Positions 63,295-64,000 of a DNA stretch of 64,000 nt are shown here, piece by piece (positions within the stretch are counted from its first letter, which is position 1; every line of letters begins with the position of its first letter). This stretch comes from Zancudomyces culisetae HAW-14-8 (taxonomy: Eukaryota; Fungi; Kickxellomycota). Location: positions 868,001-932,000 of the forward strand of contig JBNJNM010000006.1 in NCBI GenBank assembly GCA_052426225.1, in the 5' to 3' direction. The notes under the pieces are model-generated. The model was not told where the DNA came from. It worked only from the letters and a program-made list of their open reading frames with translations, and did no database searches. Position numbers and translations under genes: made by a program.

Positions 63295-63627
63295 TGTTGT
63301 AGAATCTATAAAGCTCTAATGTTTGTTTATTATTTATCTTTTTTATAAGTATGGTTTGTGTATTTTCTTATTTGTTTAATACTATTATAACTTATTATTA
63401 ATTTATGTGATTAAAAGATTATTTTATTCAATTTTTGTTGAGGGCATTCTCCTATACCCTGAATTATCTTCGATAATAAAACTAAATGTTATTCTACTTA
63501 ATGACTAAAAATATTGATTGACATAAACCACAAGGGGAAAAAGGTACAATCTCAGCTAACTATACGAATATTAATAAAACTCAATAATTTAAATTAAAAT
63601 TAACTATCGTCGTATTCTCATACGACA
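63295..63627 (-). mobile_element. 3' LTR (E, 333 bp) of a Ty3/Gypsy retrotransposon
   Basis: TGTTGTA...TACGACA termini. Directly follows the integrase ORF end and a G-rich PPT-like tract. Terminal hairpin and motif AAACCACAAGGGGAAAA at ~63524. Confidence 0.8.
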
Positions 63628-64000
63628 GAACCCCGGCTCCAGATTGGACCTGCCGGTCTTGTTTCTCTAAAGCGAAGTAATTTTGACTTTAGTGTTGTAC
63701 TTACTTCTGGTAGCATATATTGACTTTGGTGATAGTGTTTCAACATGTCACCGTTGGCTAAATCCCTATTTCCTTCACTATCAGAGATTATGTAAGCTCC
63801 CTTATTCAGTCTTCTATCGACCTTGTAAGGTCCCTCCCATGTTTGCTCTAACTTTGCCATGGGTTGCTCAGTTAGTTTTAAGACTACGTCACCTTCCTTA
63901 AACACTGAAATTTTTACTCCCTTGTCGTACCTAACCTTCTCTTTTTCCTTTTCTCATTACTATTACACAATCCCACGTTTCGCAGTTCAGGTATATCCGT
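63618..64000 (-). mobile_element. Ty3/Gypsy pol, integrase C-terminus (GPY module, no chromodomain), frameshifted; continues beyond the window
   Basis: EKVRYDKGVKISVFKEGDVVLK...KLEQTWEGPYKV...GAYIISD...NGDMLKHY. The upstream TDIPELRNVG is in another frame, offset by 1 nt at an A-run near 63945. Confidence 0.88.

Noticed and set aside
61884-63627. CRISPR array interpretation of the ordered units
   Set aside because: Eukaryotic locus, no constant direct repeats, no cas genes; the units are LTR-sized with TSDs.

Overview
Eukaryotic, AT-rich, gene-dense nuclear DNA with short GT-AG introns. It looks like an early-diverging fungus, possibly Zoopagomycota/Harpellales; that assignment is inferred from composition and gene content only. 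Positions 1-58,000 carry mostly housekeeping genes: TPA1/OGFOD1 (partial), GAA1, a probable mitochondrial RbfA, an F-box/LRR protein, a divergent NOX/ferric reductase, COG6, an SDR, the IGHMBP2/Hcs1 helicase, Rheb, a PPR-like protein head-to-head with a mitochondrial RlmN, and a Pcl cyclin. Orphan genes include a secreted repeat protein, a W2-like protein with PP1-docking motifs and a very long low-complexity ORF. The most striking feature is at 61,803-64,000. A tRNA-Ile(AAU) gene has, directly upstream, a gapless stack of five mutually divergent LTRs. Four are solo LTRs, and the fifth is the 3' LTR of a Ty3/Gypsy element whose integrase tail is in the window. Their interlocking 4-bp target-site duplications imply repeated integration about 4-8 nt upstream of the tRNA and give the order of insertion.
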